64,000 nucleotides of DNA. Source: Lytechinus pictus. Its lineage: Eukaryota. The first letter of the stretch is position 1; each line of letters opens with the position of its first letter. Shown here in pieces: positions 13,591 to 25,656 of this stretch. The DNA is taken from assembly GCF_037042905.1 (NCBI RefSeq), contig NC_087251.1, positions 40,736,001-40,800,000 of the forward strand. The letters run 5' to 3'. Both the position numbers and the translations under genes were made by a program. The notes under the pieces are model-generated. The model ran no database searches. It was not told where the DNA came from and worked only from the letters and a program-made list of their open reading frames with translations.

Positions 13591-14525
13591 TAAACTGGGT
13601 TCCAAAAGAATCTTAACAAACTTCACAAGCGCACTACAAAAATTTTACTCAGTCAAAATGAAAAAAAAATTGTCTCAAGCTAGCTTCAATAATCTTTACT
13701 AAGCACATGTCAATAATCAAAAGATTGTTTTCATAACAAAGAGGCTCGAGCCCCGCAAATCAATTGGTGCTGGAATCCAAAGTCACAATATGGCAAAAGA
13801 AAGACCAATAAAAATGAGATGGGATTAAACCAAATGGTCATGACTGCTATCGAGTCCATTCATACATTATGCTTCTTTGACCTCAATAGGTGTGTTTAAA
13901 ATGTTAATTTTAACTTCCTGTAACTTCTTATTTATTGAGGCAATCAATTTAACATGCCGATGGTCATACTGTGAACATTAATAAACTGGTAAGCTTGTTT
14001 CATCCCATCTAATTTTCATTGTATCCCCCGAACAGAGTTCGGAAGATACTATGGATTTGGCCTCTTCCCGCCGCCGCCACAGAAATTTCCTTGTGAGCGC
14101 TCATGTTCTCCGATCATCTTCAAATTTAACATGAAGGTCCATTATAGTAAAGCAAAGCCATCTATTGATTTGGTGTGGGCAAAGACATCGTTGCCATGGT
14201 AATTGTATTTATTTGTCAAATTTCTGTGCGAGCTCTATATATCGCAATGATGCGGTGGGTTCGGGGGATACATGTGCTCGGCCGCGCGACCCGCCGAGCA
14301 TTTCTAGTTTGTCTTTCTTTTGCCATTTTGTGACTTTTGATTCCGGAACCAATTGATTTGAGGGGCAACAGCCTCTTTGTGATTAAACCAATCTCTTAAT
14401 TATTGACACGTGCTTAGTAAAGATTATTGAAGCTAGCCTGTACCAAAATTGTGTTCATTTTGACTGAATGGAATTTGTGTAGTGCACTTGTGAAGTTTGA
14501 TAAGTTTCTATTGGAACCCAGTTTA
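13591..14525. mobile_element. Foldback MITE with ~250-bp TIRs, TA-flanked
   Basis: taaactgggttccaa... and ...ttggaacccagttta. Arm 13591-13830 matches 13995-14525 once the internal insertion is removed. Confidence 0.8.
14019..14309 (+). mobile_element. Helentron-type non-autonomous element (HINE)
   Basis: 5' palindrome gtatcccccgaac-aga-gttcggaagatac, subterminal IR gttcgggggatac at 14259, 3' stem-loop gctcgg...ccgagc, end ctagttt. Inserted at TT with no TSD. Confidence 0.75.
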
Positions 14526-14578
14526 TATATTGAAATAGGTTTTCACTTAAAAAATGAAAGAAAACAAATTATCTGATT

Positions 14579-14803
14579 TCATGATGATGATGTAAATGTC
14601 TCGTCAAACCATGCTTGTAGTTTATCAAGTTCATCTTTATTCATCTCATGATAGAGTCTTGGATAACTATGGAACTGACATGTGACTCCAGCCTTTGTTA
14701 ACAAGTCTTTGGTAGTTTCACCCCATTTATAGAGGACCAACGGATCAACCTTTCCATGGCATTGGAATAGGGGAGGTCTACGGCAATTTGATGATGCAAG
14801 ATC
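14579..14803 (-). CDS. LYPLAL1: Lysophospholipase-like protein 1, exon 5 (catalytic Asp and His, stop)
   Basis: Reads DLASSNCRRPPLFQCHGKVDPLVLYKWGETTKDLLTKAGVTCQFHSYPRLYHEMNKDELDKLQAWFDETFTSSS*. LFQCHG..D.LV and YHE motifs of LYPLAL1. Confidence 0.93.
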   Translation of the reverse strand, partial: DLASSNCRRPPLFQCHGKVDPLVLYKWGETTKDLLTKAGVTCQFHSYPRLYHEMNKDELDKLQAWFDETFTSSS

Positions 14804-15670
14804 CTAAAATAAAACCAAATATTATTATTCTCATCTCAAAACAAGTTTGCAGTGATATTTTTTATATATTAAAAAGAGAAATCATAACTCCTATGAGTAC
14901 AGTTCATTAACCTTTCATATTAATTCCCTTTCATTAACTTTTCCAATACAAATGATTAAAGGCCATGTCAAAGTTGTGTTGAATTGTGCTTGACACTGTG
15001 GTTTGTTTTCAAAGTATATAACAAGCTATTTTTCCAGAACATTCAAGTTTCAAAATTCTGCTATTATCTCTTCTTTGAACCTTATAGGCAAAGTCCATCC
15101 CAACAACAATTTAATTTGAACATACAGAGAAAAATCTGACAAAATAAGGAAGTTTAGACTGTTTAAAAACAATAGTGATATTAAAACATGTAACTTTGCT
15201 ACAAACATGAATGTGCGTATCTAAAAAGTATGCAACTGTAGTCACTGGTGTTAAATACAAGAATTATATAAATTCAAAGGAGAAATGAAACCCTTAAAAC
15301 CAGTCAAAAAATATAAAAGAGGGAAATCAAAGAAACAGATCAATTAAAGTTTGAGGTGGATTAACTGAATACTAACAAAGTTATGAGCATTTAAATAATG
15401 ACATCACTAAAGCTATACCCTCCTAGGCAATGTGGACAAATTTTGTGATGTCAAACATGTAACTTCCCCATTAGTACATATTTCACTTAAATATTCAATT
15501 TCGTCTAGTGGGTCTATCAAGGATACAGATCTGTTCTTTTTTTATAAGAGGACATATAATATATATAGGTTTCACATATAATCATGAATGAATAGTTTGT
15601 CATATCAGAAGAATGAGCAAAGAGGAGGTTTTGGGGTATATTTGCAGTATCCAAAGTGGAGAGTTGTACA

Positions 15671-15929
15671 CATAGCCATACACATAATTTTTTTACTGGG
15701 GGGGGGGGGGGTAGGCAGGAAGCGTAAACTTTTCAGAAAAAGCAAGGAAGCAAAGCGACCCAGCTCGTCATTTGGGCTCTTTTGCATTTTTTTCAAGTGA
15801 AATTGAAAGATTTTGTGCGTACTTTTGGTGAATTTTGTGAAAATTTTCAGTTAAAAAATATCAAAAAATATATATTTTTTGAATTTCTGGGGGGCAACTC
15901 CCCCTGCCCAACCGCTGCGTACAGCCATG
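15671..15929. mobile_element. hAT-type MITE nested in a degenerate Kolobok-type MITE (~15277-16170)
   Basis: Imperfect TIRs catagccatacaca / tgcgtacagccatg with 8-bp TSD gttgtaca / gttgtgca. The host resembles the 33990-34573 family. Confidence 0.6.
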
Positions 15930-16663
15930 GTTGTGCATGTGTGACATCACAGATCTTGTTTGTGTTGCCAATGGGAGGATCTCCATAGCATTAGTGGTAT
16001 TTACATTCATTTTTAGTGTTTGTCCAATTTACTCAAAGTTTGTTGTTATTTTGTCATTTTTTCTACTTGCACCCTTGTTGTACATGTTACATTCTCCCAA
16101 ACTAATGAATAGAGAGAGTAAATTTGATGAAACAAAACAGTCAAAAAGTAGTTCATTAAAATGTATTGAGATATTAAATACTTGATGTACATATTTTTTT
16201 TCTTTCTGACATATATTAAATAAAGTTTACATTCTGATTCAAAATGATGTCATGGATTGAATAAACTTGTTTGCCTTTATTATGTCTTGATAATCAATTG
16301 CAAGAAATGGTTTCCACAATTTACAAAACTTCAAACTACAGGATTCCAGGAATAATTTTTTGAATAATTATGAAAGATAATAATCACTTTCTTTGTGACA
16401 ACCTTCAACCAATTTGTGTAAAGTGTCAAGAATATCAGATCGGGGAGAATAAGTTTGAGAGCAATAAAGAAGATATAAAACTAGATTTCAGATATATGAG
16501 TTATAGAACAAAATAGTGTCATTAATGAAAATGGGGATATGATAGTCAACATTTCAAGAAAGCAACGTACGTATATGTCCTAGTAAAGGTGTGGATATCA
16601 TATTCATGATAAAAATATTTTAAAAATAACAAATTTCCTTAATATAAAATGTATGGTGCATAC

Positions 16664-16779
16664 CTGGTAAACTTTAGAATTGTCATTCAAAAAAGATGAG
16701 AGAGCAAAAACCCCTGCAATTTCTTGTTGGAACCGATATGCCACATGCAAGGCCAGGCATCCTCCCATTGAAAATCCAC
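16664..16779 (-). CDS. LYPLAL1: LYPLAL1 exon 4 (nucleophile elbow)
   Basis: Reads (G)[38 protein letters not shown] with GxSxG. ag/gt ends, phase 1-0. Confidence 0.95.
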
Positions 16780-17997
16780 CTGTAAAAAAGATAAGGATAG
16801 AATAGTCGAATAACTTTCATTCTATAACTTGTGAAAGTTACAAATACTTTGGCCTGATAAGTCATCACACGGCACTGAAAACAAAATAAATTTTCATTTA
16901 AGTGATAACAATTTTATAATTGTACACAAACGAAATTAAAAATTAGCAAACTTGCTGTCAAAATTTTTGCCTTGTAATTGTAGGAAGTTGAAAACTAGAT
17001 AAACTTTAATAGAGAAACTTGTTTAATTGGATAGGTACCTTCTATCTCAAAAGAAAATTATTCTATCAATGTATACATACCTAGCCTTAGGGGTCACCTC
17101 CCTTCTTCGGGACAATTCCATTTAAAACAATAAACGTTTGGTATGTTCAACCATTTACTGTCAACCCCCATTTTCCTCCATTCTTATTTTACTTCATGAG
17201 CTGAGAGAATCACAATTCAAGAGCCTAATAACTTATCATATGTCCTACAGAACTAGAAAACAACAAAAATTATTATGCTAAAAAGGTTTTATTTCTTAAG
17301 TTCTCACAAGCAACAAATTTATTCAAGCAGCTATTCCTTTCTAAGAAAAAAAGAGAGTACGGTCACAGTAATGGTGCCTTTGATGTCCGCCGTTCTAAGC
17401 CACCGGTTTCATGGGGAAATCTGAGGACTGGTTTTTTGAAATAATCAATCATATTGATTTTTCCATTTTTTATATCAATAAACAAACTGGAATTAGAACT
17501 CATGATAAAACACTAATTCCAAATCCACATTGTGCTAAGATATTTGACCAGATTGCATCAAGTAACCTTTTATTAGTGAAGAAATTGACCCTTATAGAAA
17601 CTAGAATTTAGCAATGTTCCAATTGCTCCCAACAAATTAAAAATTAAAATGTGGTTGTTAGAATATGGCTGTTCATGATTTTATCTGCCAGATTAGTGCC
17701 CCATACATGCCCAGTCAAGCAAACTTGAGTCATATTTCAGTAAATATTGCATCACATCTTTTTGCATGCCCCCCAAAAAATAACCAGACCAAGATGCAGC
17801 AAAACAGTAATTTTAATCACAAAATCATACTTCCCTATAGATGACCTTTGGGTATGGAGTCATGCGGGGAATATTTTGTCTACCTATTGCTCGGAAGATT
17901 AAGCATAGTGCCTGACATACTTTCTGCTGGCGGCTTCGGACGTGGTTCAAAGGGATTTTGTTTGCTGTTACTCTATCTCAATTTAAACCTCCTTGAT

Positions 17998-18270
17998 TAT
18001 AATAATGATAATAGGCATTCTGTAGAGTGCCATCTATTCCGAGGTGTATTTTTATTATTATTCTTACCTCGGCTTTAGCTCGAGCTGCCTTTCAGCGCTC
18101 ATGCATTCAAGGAATTCATCCTGCCGGGTACCCATTCACCTTACCTGGGTCGAGTGCAGCACAGTGTGGATAAATTTCTTGCTGAAGGAAAACACGCCAT
18201 GGCTAGGATTTGAACCCACGACCCTCTGTTTGAAGGTGAGAGTCAGAAACACTAGACCACGACGCACCCA
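17998..18270 (-). mobile_element. tRNA-derived SINE
   Basis: Head tgggtgcgtcgtggtctagt ... ggttcaaatcc, core cactcgacccaggtaaggtgaatgggtacc, TAT-repeat tail. Confidence 0.75.
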
Positions 18271-18300
18271 CATTATACCAATCATTGTTTTCATACTGAC

Positions 18301-18470
18301 CAACTATGATTTTATTCCTTGGAATTCCTTGGTCCACCTCGAGCTGTATAACCTTGCCAATCTCTTCACACATGGGATCAATGCTTTCCAAGTCTTCAGG
18401 TTCGATTGGTGCTATACGCTTACGGTCAAACCATACCGTACTAGGAGCCCCATTCATCGGCGTGTAAGGT
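18301..18470 (-). CDS. LYPLAL1: LYPLAL1 exon 3
   Basis: Reads (R)PYTPMNGAPSTVWFDRKRIAPIEPEDLESIDPMCEEIGKVIQLEVDQGIPRNKIIV(G), with the WFD motif. Phase 2-1. Confidence 0.95.
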
Positions 18471-18767
18471 CTTTGGAAAGGAAATTATTTTTATTGTTAT
18501 TGTATATTGATATTCTGATTTTTTTCTGAGGCCCTTTTTTATACAGAGTTTAAGCTTGTGGTAACTTTGTCATGAGGGCAACTTCCATGGAAACAAGCAG
18601 CCAATCACAATCAAGGTTTCCATAGAAGTTAATATGATGAAAAGTTAATATATATAGTCAACTGTTAATAGTTACATTTAATAGATAAATATGTAAATAT
18701 TTAAATACTTTCAGCTCTTTAAGACTCTTTAAAACATAGCAAACTGAAAGTCTTCATGAAACAGGTA

Positions 18768-18959
18768 CCTGGCTGTTTCATAAAGCTGTTCGTAAGTTAA
18801 GAGCGACTTTAAGAGTGACAGGTGATCTTTTCTTGTGTTCAATGATATTCACCATTAAATGTTCATTGGTGATTATTCAGCGCGGAAGGGTCGATCACCA
18901 GTCGATCTTAAAGTCCCTCTTAAATTATGAACAGCTTTATTAAACAGTACATCACCTGG
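18768..18959. mobile_element. Palindromic PIF/Harbinger-like MITE
   Basis: gtttcataaagctgttcgtaagttaagagcgactttaag ... cttaaagtccctcttaaattatgaacagctttat. A cleaner copy lies at 55926-56100. Confidence 0.7.
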
Positions 18960-19168
18960 TCTTATACTAAGATACAGTAAAGCTCTATGCCTACTGACGA
19001 ATGAGCTGTGATTTTTTCTGACATAGGGTAAGTAACAAAACCGAAATTAAATCATATATGCTCAACAGAAATTTTAAGATTTCCTTTCCAGCCTACCCAG
19101 GTTTTAGAGTCAAGCTATTGATCACAAGTTAAACAAATGAAAACTCGAAAGAATTTAACGATTCTTAC

Positions 19169-19268
19169 CGCGACGGAGCAGAAGGGAAGATGATCTTTGA
19201 ATGTGGTAAACAAAACCTTTTCCTGAGTATACTGAAAAGCCATTCCCGCAATCCTTCTGACGTGTCTC
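19169..19268 (-). CDS. LYPLAL1: LYPLAL1 exon 2
   Basis: Reads (G)DTSEGLREWLFSILRKRFCLPHSKIIFPSAPS(R). tag/gtaaga ends, phase 1-2. Confidence 0.92.
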
Positions 19269-19297
19269 CTATATGTTCAATTCCAAGGATGAAAAAG

Positions 19298-20020
19298 AAA
19301 ACAAGCCATAAGCGATGTTGTGTCTCGCCCATTTGTGAAAGTAACCAGAAATATTGTGATTTGCGAGGGAACGCAACAGAATTGCATCAAAAGTTCATTG
19401 TAAAATAACTGGGATGGAATAACGTTTGTCATAAGTCTTGCACCGTTGCACGTAAACTTTAATGTTGACCTCAAAATGACCTTTGACCTTACCATGTGAC
19501 CTCTGACTGCGCCATGATATGCAGGTCTCCTAAGTATATATACAACCCAAGTTTGGGTGAAAAATGAATTACGGTTGCTGAGTTATGTGTCATAAGAGAG
19601 CCTTGCATGTAAACTTTAACGTTGACTGACCTTTGACCTTACCATGTGACCTCTGACTGCACCATGACAGGCAGCTAGCTAGGTCTCCTAAGTACATCTA
19701 CAACCCAAGTTTGGGTGAAAAGTGACTTACGGTTGCAGAGTTATATGTGTCATAATAAGAGAGACTTGCACATAAACTTTAACGTTGACCTTAAAATGAC
19801 CTTTGACCTTAGCATGTGACCAGCTCCAACTGCAGCATTACATGCAGACCCCCTAAGTACCCCTAAGTACATTTACCATCCAAGTTTGGTTGAAAAGTGA
19901 CGGTTGCAGAGTTATGTGTCATAATGTTTGTGACAGACGGACGACGGATGGACGGACGACATTTGCCTTTGGATCCATTTATACTTAGTCTCGCGCCTTC
20001 ACCTCTGGTGGGCGAGACAA
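19298..20020 (-). mobile_element. Helentron-type HINE with internal ~160-bp tandem repeats
   Basis: Subterminal IR tgtctcgccca (19321) / tgggcgagaca (20009), terminal stem-loop, (GACG/GGAC)n tract and three tgacctttgacct-containing units. Confidence 0.75.
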
Positions 20021-21392
20021 TAAAATTAAAGACAAAATTATTCAGATCAGATACAGGCCCCATATAGATTTCCTCATAAGACATAACTGGATCATCATTA
20101 AATATGAATTCACAAAAAATCTCCCGTCCTTTTGTTTCAGAAAATGGTTCCTTTTTATTTTTCTTTCTGCCAATTATTCAGGTCAAATGGCAAGGGGCCA
20201 AAAGTTTGGAACCACCCTCAGATTTAAAACAAAACACTGCATTCTGCATTCATTCAAATGCATTTTGTTTGGGCTATGAGTATGAGTTCCATCACATCAC
20301 ACAAGCATGTTTCCAACACTCTAGGCGACACCCCAATACTTACCCGTGCTAATAAACTGGGACTCCACTCACGCGCGTTTGGGCCTCCCTAGCTTAGAAC
20401 TAAGCACTAATATCACCTTAAAAACTAAATCTACAAGGTATGTATAATCTATTTATAACTTTAATAATGTTTAATCGGTACTCACCGGTTCTTTTGTTGC
20501 ATTTTCAGACCATTTCTCACAATTCTTCGTAAATATTTGCGGCAAATTTTGTCGCCATAGACAGCTTAGCGTCCATCTTTATTGATAAATGGAGCGCCCT
20601 TTACGATAGTTGTTAATGCCGCGGATAAATCGTTAGGCATTTTGGCCTGTGTTCAAGGCGTTCTTTCTGTTTTATTTTTTATATTGAAGATTGTGCATTT
20701 GTTGAATAGCGCCGTCTACGTCAGGTATGAGATCGAGTGTATAAATACACTCTTCCAAAATAATTATGATTCCGACCTGGCGCTGTTTAACTTCAATCTC
20801 TTTCACCTAAATTAGCGATGAATGCTAGCATTATAAAATATATATTATTAACGTCTGACGAAAAGAATAACCAACCGATCAGCTGACGAGAACGCGAATC
20901 ACGTGATCTTCATATCAGCTTCGATCGCGAGTCAGAAGAGAAGAGCAGCTGCCCAGAAAATCAGGAAAAAGCCGTGAAAATGTAAGTTCCCCTTCATTTC
21001 TTTCATTTTTTGTTGTTGCTAACGATGCATTTACACTATAAAATTATAATTTAAATAAGAGAAAGGAATAGAGCTTGTACTTGTGATATAATTGCCTAAA
21101 TATCCTGTTCTCAGAGATTTCTAACCAAAAATACTACTGATGTCGCCTATGAGGTCCATACATGTAATGTTGGACCTCATTGGTACTAGGAGTGGTTTCC
21201 AACTGGTTTTGTGACAAACCATACCTGATAATACGGTTCTGCATCACATTGCAAGAATATAAATGATGTGGGACCACTATCTCAGTTCTCACTCACTCCA
21301 CTGGCACTGCCATAACGTACCACTCCTAGTACCAATGTTAAACTAAAACTTTACAATAGTCTGTTTTTCAGTCACTAGCCTCAAATACATAC

Positions 21393-21477
21393 CAGATCCA
21401 TGAAGAAAAACTATGGTAGATACATGTGAACATGAAGCTGGGAAAATATCTAATTTCATTCTTGATAAAGTTGCCAT
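21393..21477 (-). CDS. LYPLAL1: LYPLAL1 exon 1 (start codon)
   Basis: Reads MATLSRMKLDIFPASCSHVSTIVFLHGS(G), with the FLHGSGD motif across the junction. gtatgt donor. The five exons total 696 nt (231 aa plus stop). Confidence 0.9.
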
Positions 21478-22086
21478 TTGAAATTGTGTAGCAGCCGCCA
21501 ATATGCTGAGCAAATATGGTGTTGCAAAACGTGCAAAAAACACAAATGAAGAGCTTTAATATTTCCAAAAAGGGTTGCTTCATATTTCATCAAATTTTAG
21601 TAATTTTCCTAATCTGTATACTTTCAGGAGCTCTAGAAGACACCAAGGAAACATTGAAATTCCCATGAAAACCTATTCTACATGTATACATAAAAATCCA
21701 AAACTTAACATAATATCCCATTATGTAAAATCACCGTCCGGGGGGTCTCGAGTGCCCCAATTTGGGGCACCTAATCCCTGGGCTTAATCCAATATGAAAA
21801 TAAACTGGACCTAACCCCTTTTAGAAATTAACTATTGAAACTCGGGCAATGTTGGTGCCATGTGTGCCGCCTTGTAATAAGCATTTTTGAAAGTCAGAAC
21901 TTGCTAGAAAATCCTAACAAAAAAATAGGCATGTGCGGTTACACACACAAACACTTGCACACGGTTAAGTAAACAAAAGATAAAAATTAAAAAGAATAAA
22001 AGAAAAATTAAAGAATAATAATAAAGAATTGCAGAGTATTTTATAAGTGACTTTACAGTCTCATGGTGCGGGTTAATTGGAATTAA

Positions 22087-22567
22087 AGGACAAGTCCACC
22101 CCAACAAAAAGTTGTTTTGAATAAAAAGAAAGAAGTAACACTGAAAATTTCATCAAAATCGGATGTAAAATAAAAAAGTTAAGACATTTTAAAGTTTCGC
22201 TTAATTTCACAAAACATTTTTGTGCACATCCTGGTCGGTATGCAAATGAGGAGACTGATGACGCCATCCACTCACTATTTCTTTGGTATTTTATTATATG
22301 AAATATTCTAATTTTCTCCTCATTGTCAATTGAAACAACGATGAAATGAAATATTGTATAATTCAAACAATAAAAAACAAAAGAAATATAGTGAGTGATG
22401 GACATCATCGACTAACTCATTCGCATGAGTTGTGCATATAACTATTTTTTAGTGTGAAAAACTTTTTTATTTTACATCCGATTTTGATGAAATTTTCAGC
22501 GTTATGCTGGATTGATTTTTTTCTGATACTTATTAAAATCAACATTTTTCTGGGATGGACTTGGCCT
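22087..22567. mobile_element. Kolobok-type MITE family A, inverted copy
   Basis: TTAA|AGGACAAGTCCACCCC ... GGATGGACTTGGCCT, homologous to 1936-2535. Confidence 0.8.
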
Positions 22568-22666
22568 TGTAGTCACGGTGCCGATTGGTTTTCAGGCACC
22601 GTTGTATATAGGTGCCGATTAATTTTCACCGGTTCTGGTGTCAGAAAATGGAAAAATTACAATTAA

Positions 22667-23222
22667 AGGAAACCAAAACCCAAGAAGAGATGCAATCTTA
22701 TTGGAAAGAGTAAAATGAGAGGAACAATTTAAAAAAAGTTTCATCAAAATCGGTTATGAAATAAGCAAGTTATGGACGATTAAAAAGTATTGTTGTACTT
22801 ACTATGTGGATCCTCAAATTGGCAAACGTGCTTCAAAATGGCTGATTTTGTGGACAACTCTCCATTTGTTTTGTACACATATTTTCAGATTTCCCCCTTT
22901 ATTTTACATATTTCACATTATCTCCTCCTGACCTTGACATATATGGTGTGGATTATATTTTCCCATTACATATGTTGTGCTCAGAAGGAGGCAAGATGCA
23001 ATTTGAAAGATAATGAGGAAAATCTAAAAATTTGTGCATGTACAAAACAAATGGAGAGTTGTCCACAAAATGAGCCATTTTGAAGCACGTTTGCCAATTT
23101 GAGGATGCCCATAGAAAGTAAAACAAGAGTTTTCAAACTCCCATAACTTGCTTATTTCATAACCGATTTTGATGAAACTTTTTTTAAATTGTTCCTCTCA
23201 TTTTACTCTTTCCAATAAGATT
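22667..23222. mobile_element. Palindromic Kolobok-type MITE, right terminus lost
   Basis: TTAA|AGGAAACC start and long inverted arms (aatcttattggaaagagtaaaatgagagg / cctctcattttactctttccaataagatt), cut off at 23222. Confidence 0.7.
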
Positions 23223-23231
23223 ACTTACAAT

Positions 23232-25328
23232 CATGGGCGGAAATCCCAGGGGGGACAGGGGGGACGTGTCCCCCCTACCAAAAATAGTAGGGGGGACACA
23301 ATATCAAATGTCCCCCCTACTATTTTTGGTCTTTTATGATGGATAAAATTGCATCATTCACATTCAAAATAATACGTGTATTTTGGACTAAATGACCTTA
23401 CATTTTGAGTGAAAACCTTTGGTTTTTTTTGCTTGTCAAGTGTTCCAGAGTGAATAAAATAGGATTAGAGGAAGACTTGGAAAATAAAAGAATCTTTCAT
23501 GTCACTATATAAAATTTTCGCTCACACTTCGCGCTCGCATTGCCTGTTAGATGATTTTTCAATATGGAGCTTAAATATCAAGTTTGGAAGTCAATATACA
23601 TTAGACAGTTTACCTCGGAAATCGAACTTTCATTATTTTGTGTGATTTACAAACTGATTTTTCAAAGTGCTCTGTAAAAGAGACAGCTTTATGGTCTGAT
23701 TATTGACATTTTCTACTCGCACTGAGCGCTTGCAAAATTCGATTTATTCAGAACCTATTATTTTTGTGTATTCCATTTAGTTTTGAAAAATATCCCTTTT
23801 CAAGTCTGATTGTCAAAACGTAGCAGATAGCGCTACTCGCATTTTGATTGGCGATTTATGTACGTCTCAATATTGATTTTCATGAGATTTGCGCTCGCAT
23901 TAATGGTTAAAAAATATTCCAACTGATGCATTCTATTCATAATTACTAAAGTGCTTGAAATGTCCAGTTTTCAGGCCATAATATCATCAGATTTCTCGCC
24001 CTCATTAGGCATTAATAAATAAGATATTAATTTAATGATCCATATCCACCTCACAATTTTCCTACAAAGTGCTTGAAATATATAGCTGAAATTGACTCTT
24101 TTTTCAGATCGGAATATCAAATAGTTTAAGCTCGCGCTTCGCGCTCGCTGATAAATGTGTAGAATGCCGAGATTCTAGGTCTAAATCTGAAACACGCGCA
24201 TGTTTATTCAGATATTCAACTTGTTCTTTATTTAGATCAAAATCCAGTTTCAGATCACAATATCACAAATTTTCTGCTCGCATTATTAATGTAGAAAGAT
24301 CCCCTATTACTCACCCTTTTCATGATTTACAAAACATGAGTAGAGTGTCCCGTTTTTAGGTCTAAATCTCGAATTTTTCTGCTCCCGCTTCGCTTGCATC
24401 AATTGTTTAGTTATATAGCTACCCTGTTCACGATTACAAAAATTGATTAAAATTTTTTATTCTTTTTGTAGAAATGTCAAAAATGTTCAGCTCGCAATTT
24501 GTGCTAGCATTATTTGATTGTTGAAATATGTAACGTCTTCATGGCTAAGTGCAAGCAGTCCTTAACAAGTACCTTTTCGATCGATTCAAATTAAACGTAT
24601 ATGAATGTTTTCTGGCTGCATTTTGCACTCGCATTATTAATGTAAGGACCGGGTGTAAGGAAGACCCCCAATTACTCATCCTTTTCATGATTTACAAAAC
24701 ATGAATAGAGTGTCTCGTTCTTAGGTCTATAAATCTCAAAATTTTCCGCTCGCGCTTCGCAACAATTGTTTAGTTATGTACCTATTATATGTTTAAGTTA
24801 CAAAAAGTGCTTAGAATTTCCAGTCTTTGGGTAAAATTTCAAAAAATTTCAGCTCGCGCTTCGCGCTCGCATTATTTTATTGTTGAAATATGGAACGTCT
24901 TCATGGCTAATTGCAAGCAGTCTTTAACAGGTACCTTTTCCATCAGTTAACCTCTGCTCGCACTTTGCGTTCGTAGTAAATATTTAGTTGTATATACATC
25001 TTTTTCAGGATAACAAACATTGCCCAGAATGTTCAAATTTTAGGAAAAAATACATAAATTTGCCCAAAAAATTTTGCTCGCGCTTCGCGCTCGCATTATA
25101 TAAATAAGGACGATGATATTATATATTTATGTTGATTTATAAGAATAAAGCTAAAAAGTGACAATGAGGACTACTCCTTCAATGAAACAGACAAAAATTA
25201 CCTTTAAGCGGCCGATCGGGGATTAACATATGGCTGAAAACATTTTTCGCCCCCCCCCCCCCCTATTGGCGAAGGCTGGATCAGCCCCTGTTGTCCCCCC
25301 TACCTTTCAGGACAGATTTCCGCCCATG
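23232..25328. mobile_element. hAT-type non-autonomous element with minisatellite-like interior
   Basis: Perfect TIR catgggcggaaatc / gatttccgcccatg and exact 8-bp TSD cttacaat (23224-23231, 25329-25336). Confidence 0.88.
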
Positions 25329-25401
25329 CTTACAATGAAAGAAAATGCGAGCGCGAAGCTCCTGCATGAAAACATCATGATGATCGATACTCATTCGCGG
25401 T

Positions 25402-25625
25402 AGTAATGAAGAATGACTGGCTCCGGTGAAACATGAGGCGCTGCATCACATGCGCCACTTTTGAAGAAAAAAAAAAGAGAAAAGAAAAAGGAAGTCAGCG
25501 ATGTGATAGTTTACGTTTTCACATGCGCCGCTGCTGGGGAAAAGGGAGGCGCCGATTTGGTTTGACCACGGATCTATATGGTTTGACCGGCGCCGGTGTT
25601 GAAATCATAACCACATCGCTGACTT

Positions 25626-25656
<31 letters not shown>

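Noticed and set aside
18044..18529. 161-aa plus-strand ORF, and the similar ORF at 51968
   Set aside because: Made of a reversed SINE plus, here, the antisense of LYPLAL1 exon 3.
23500..25100. CRISPR-like repeat-spacer array
   Set aside because: Eukaryotic context, degenerate repeats, irregular spacing, mutually related spacers, and no cas genes.
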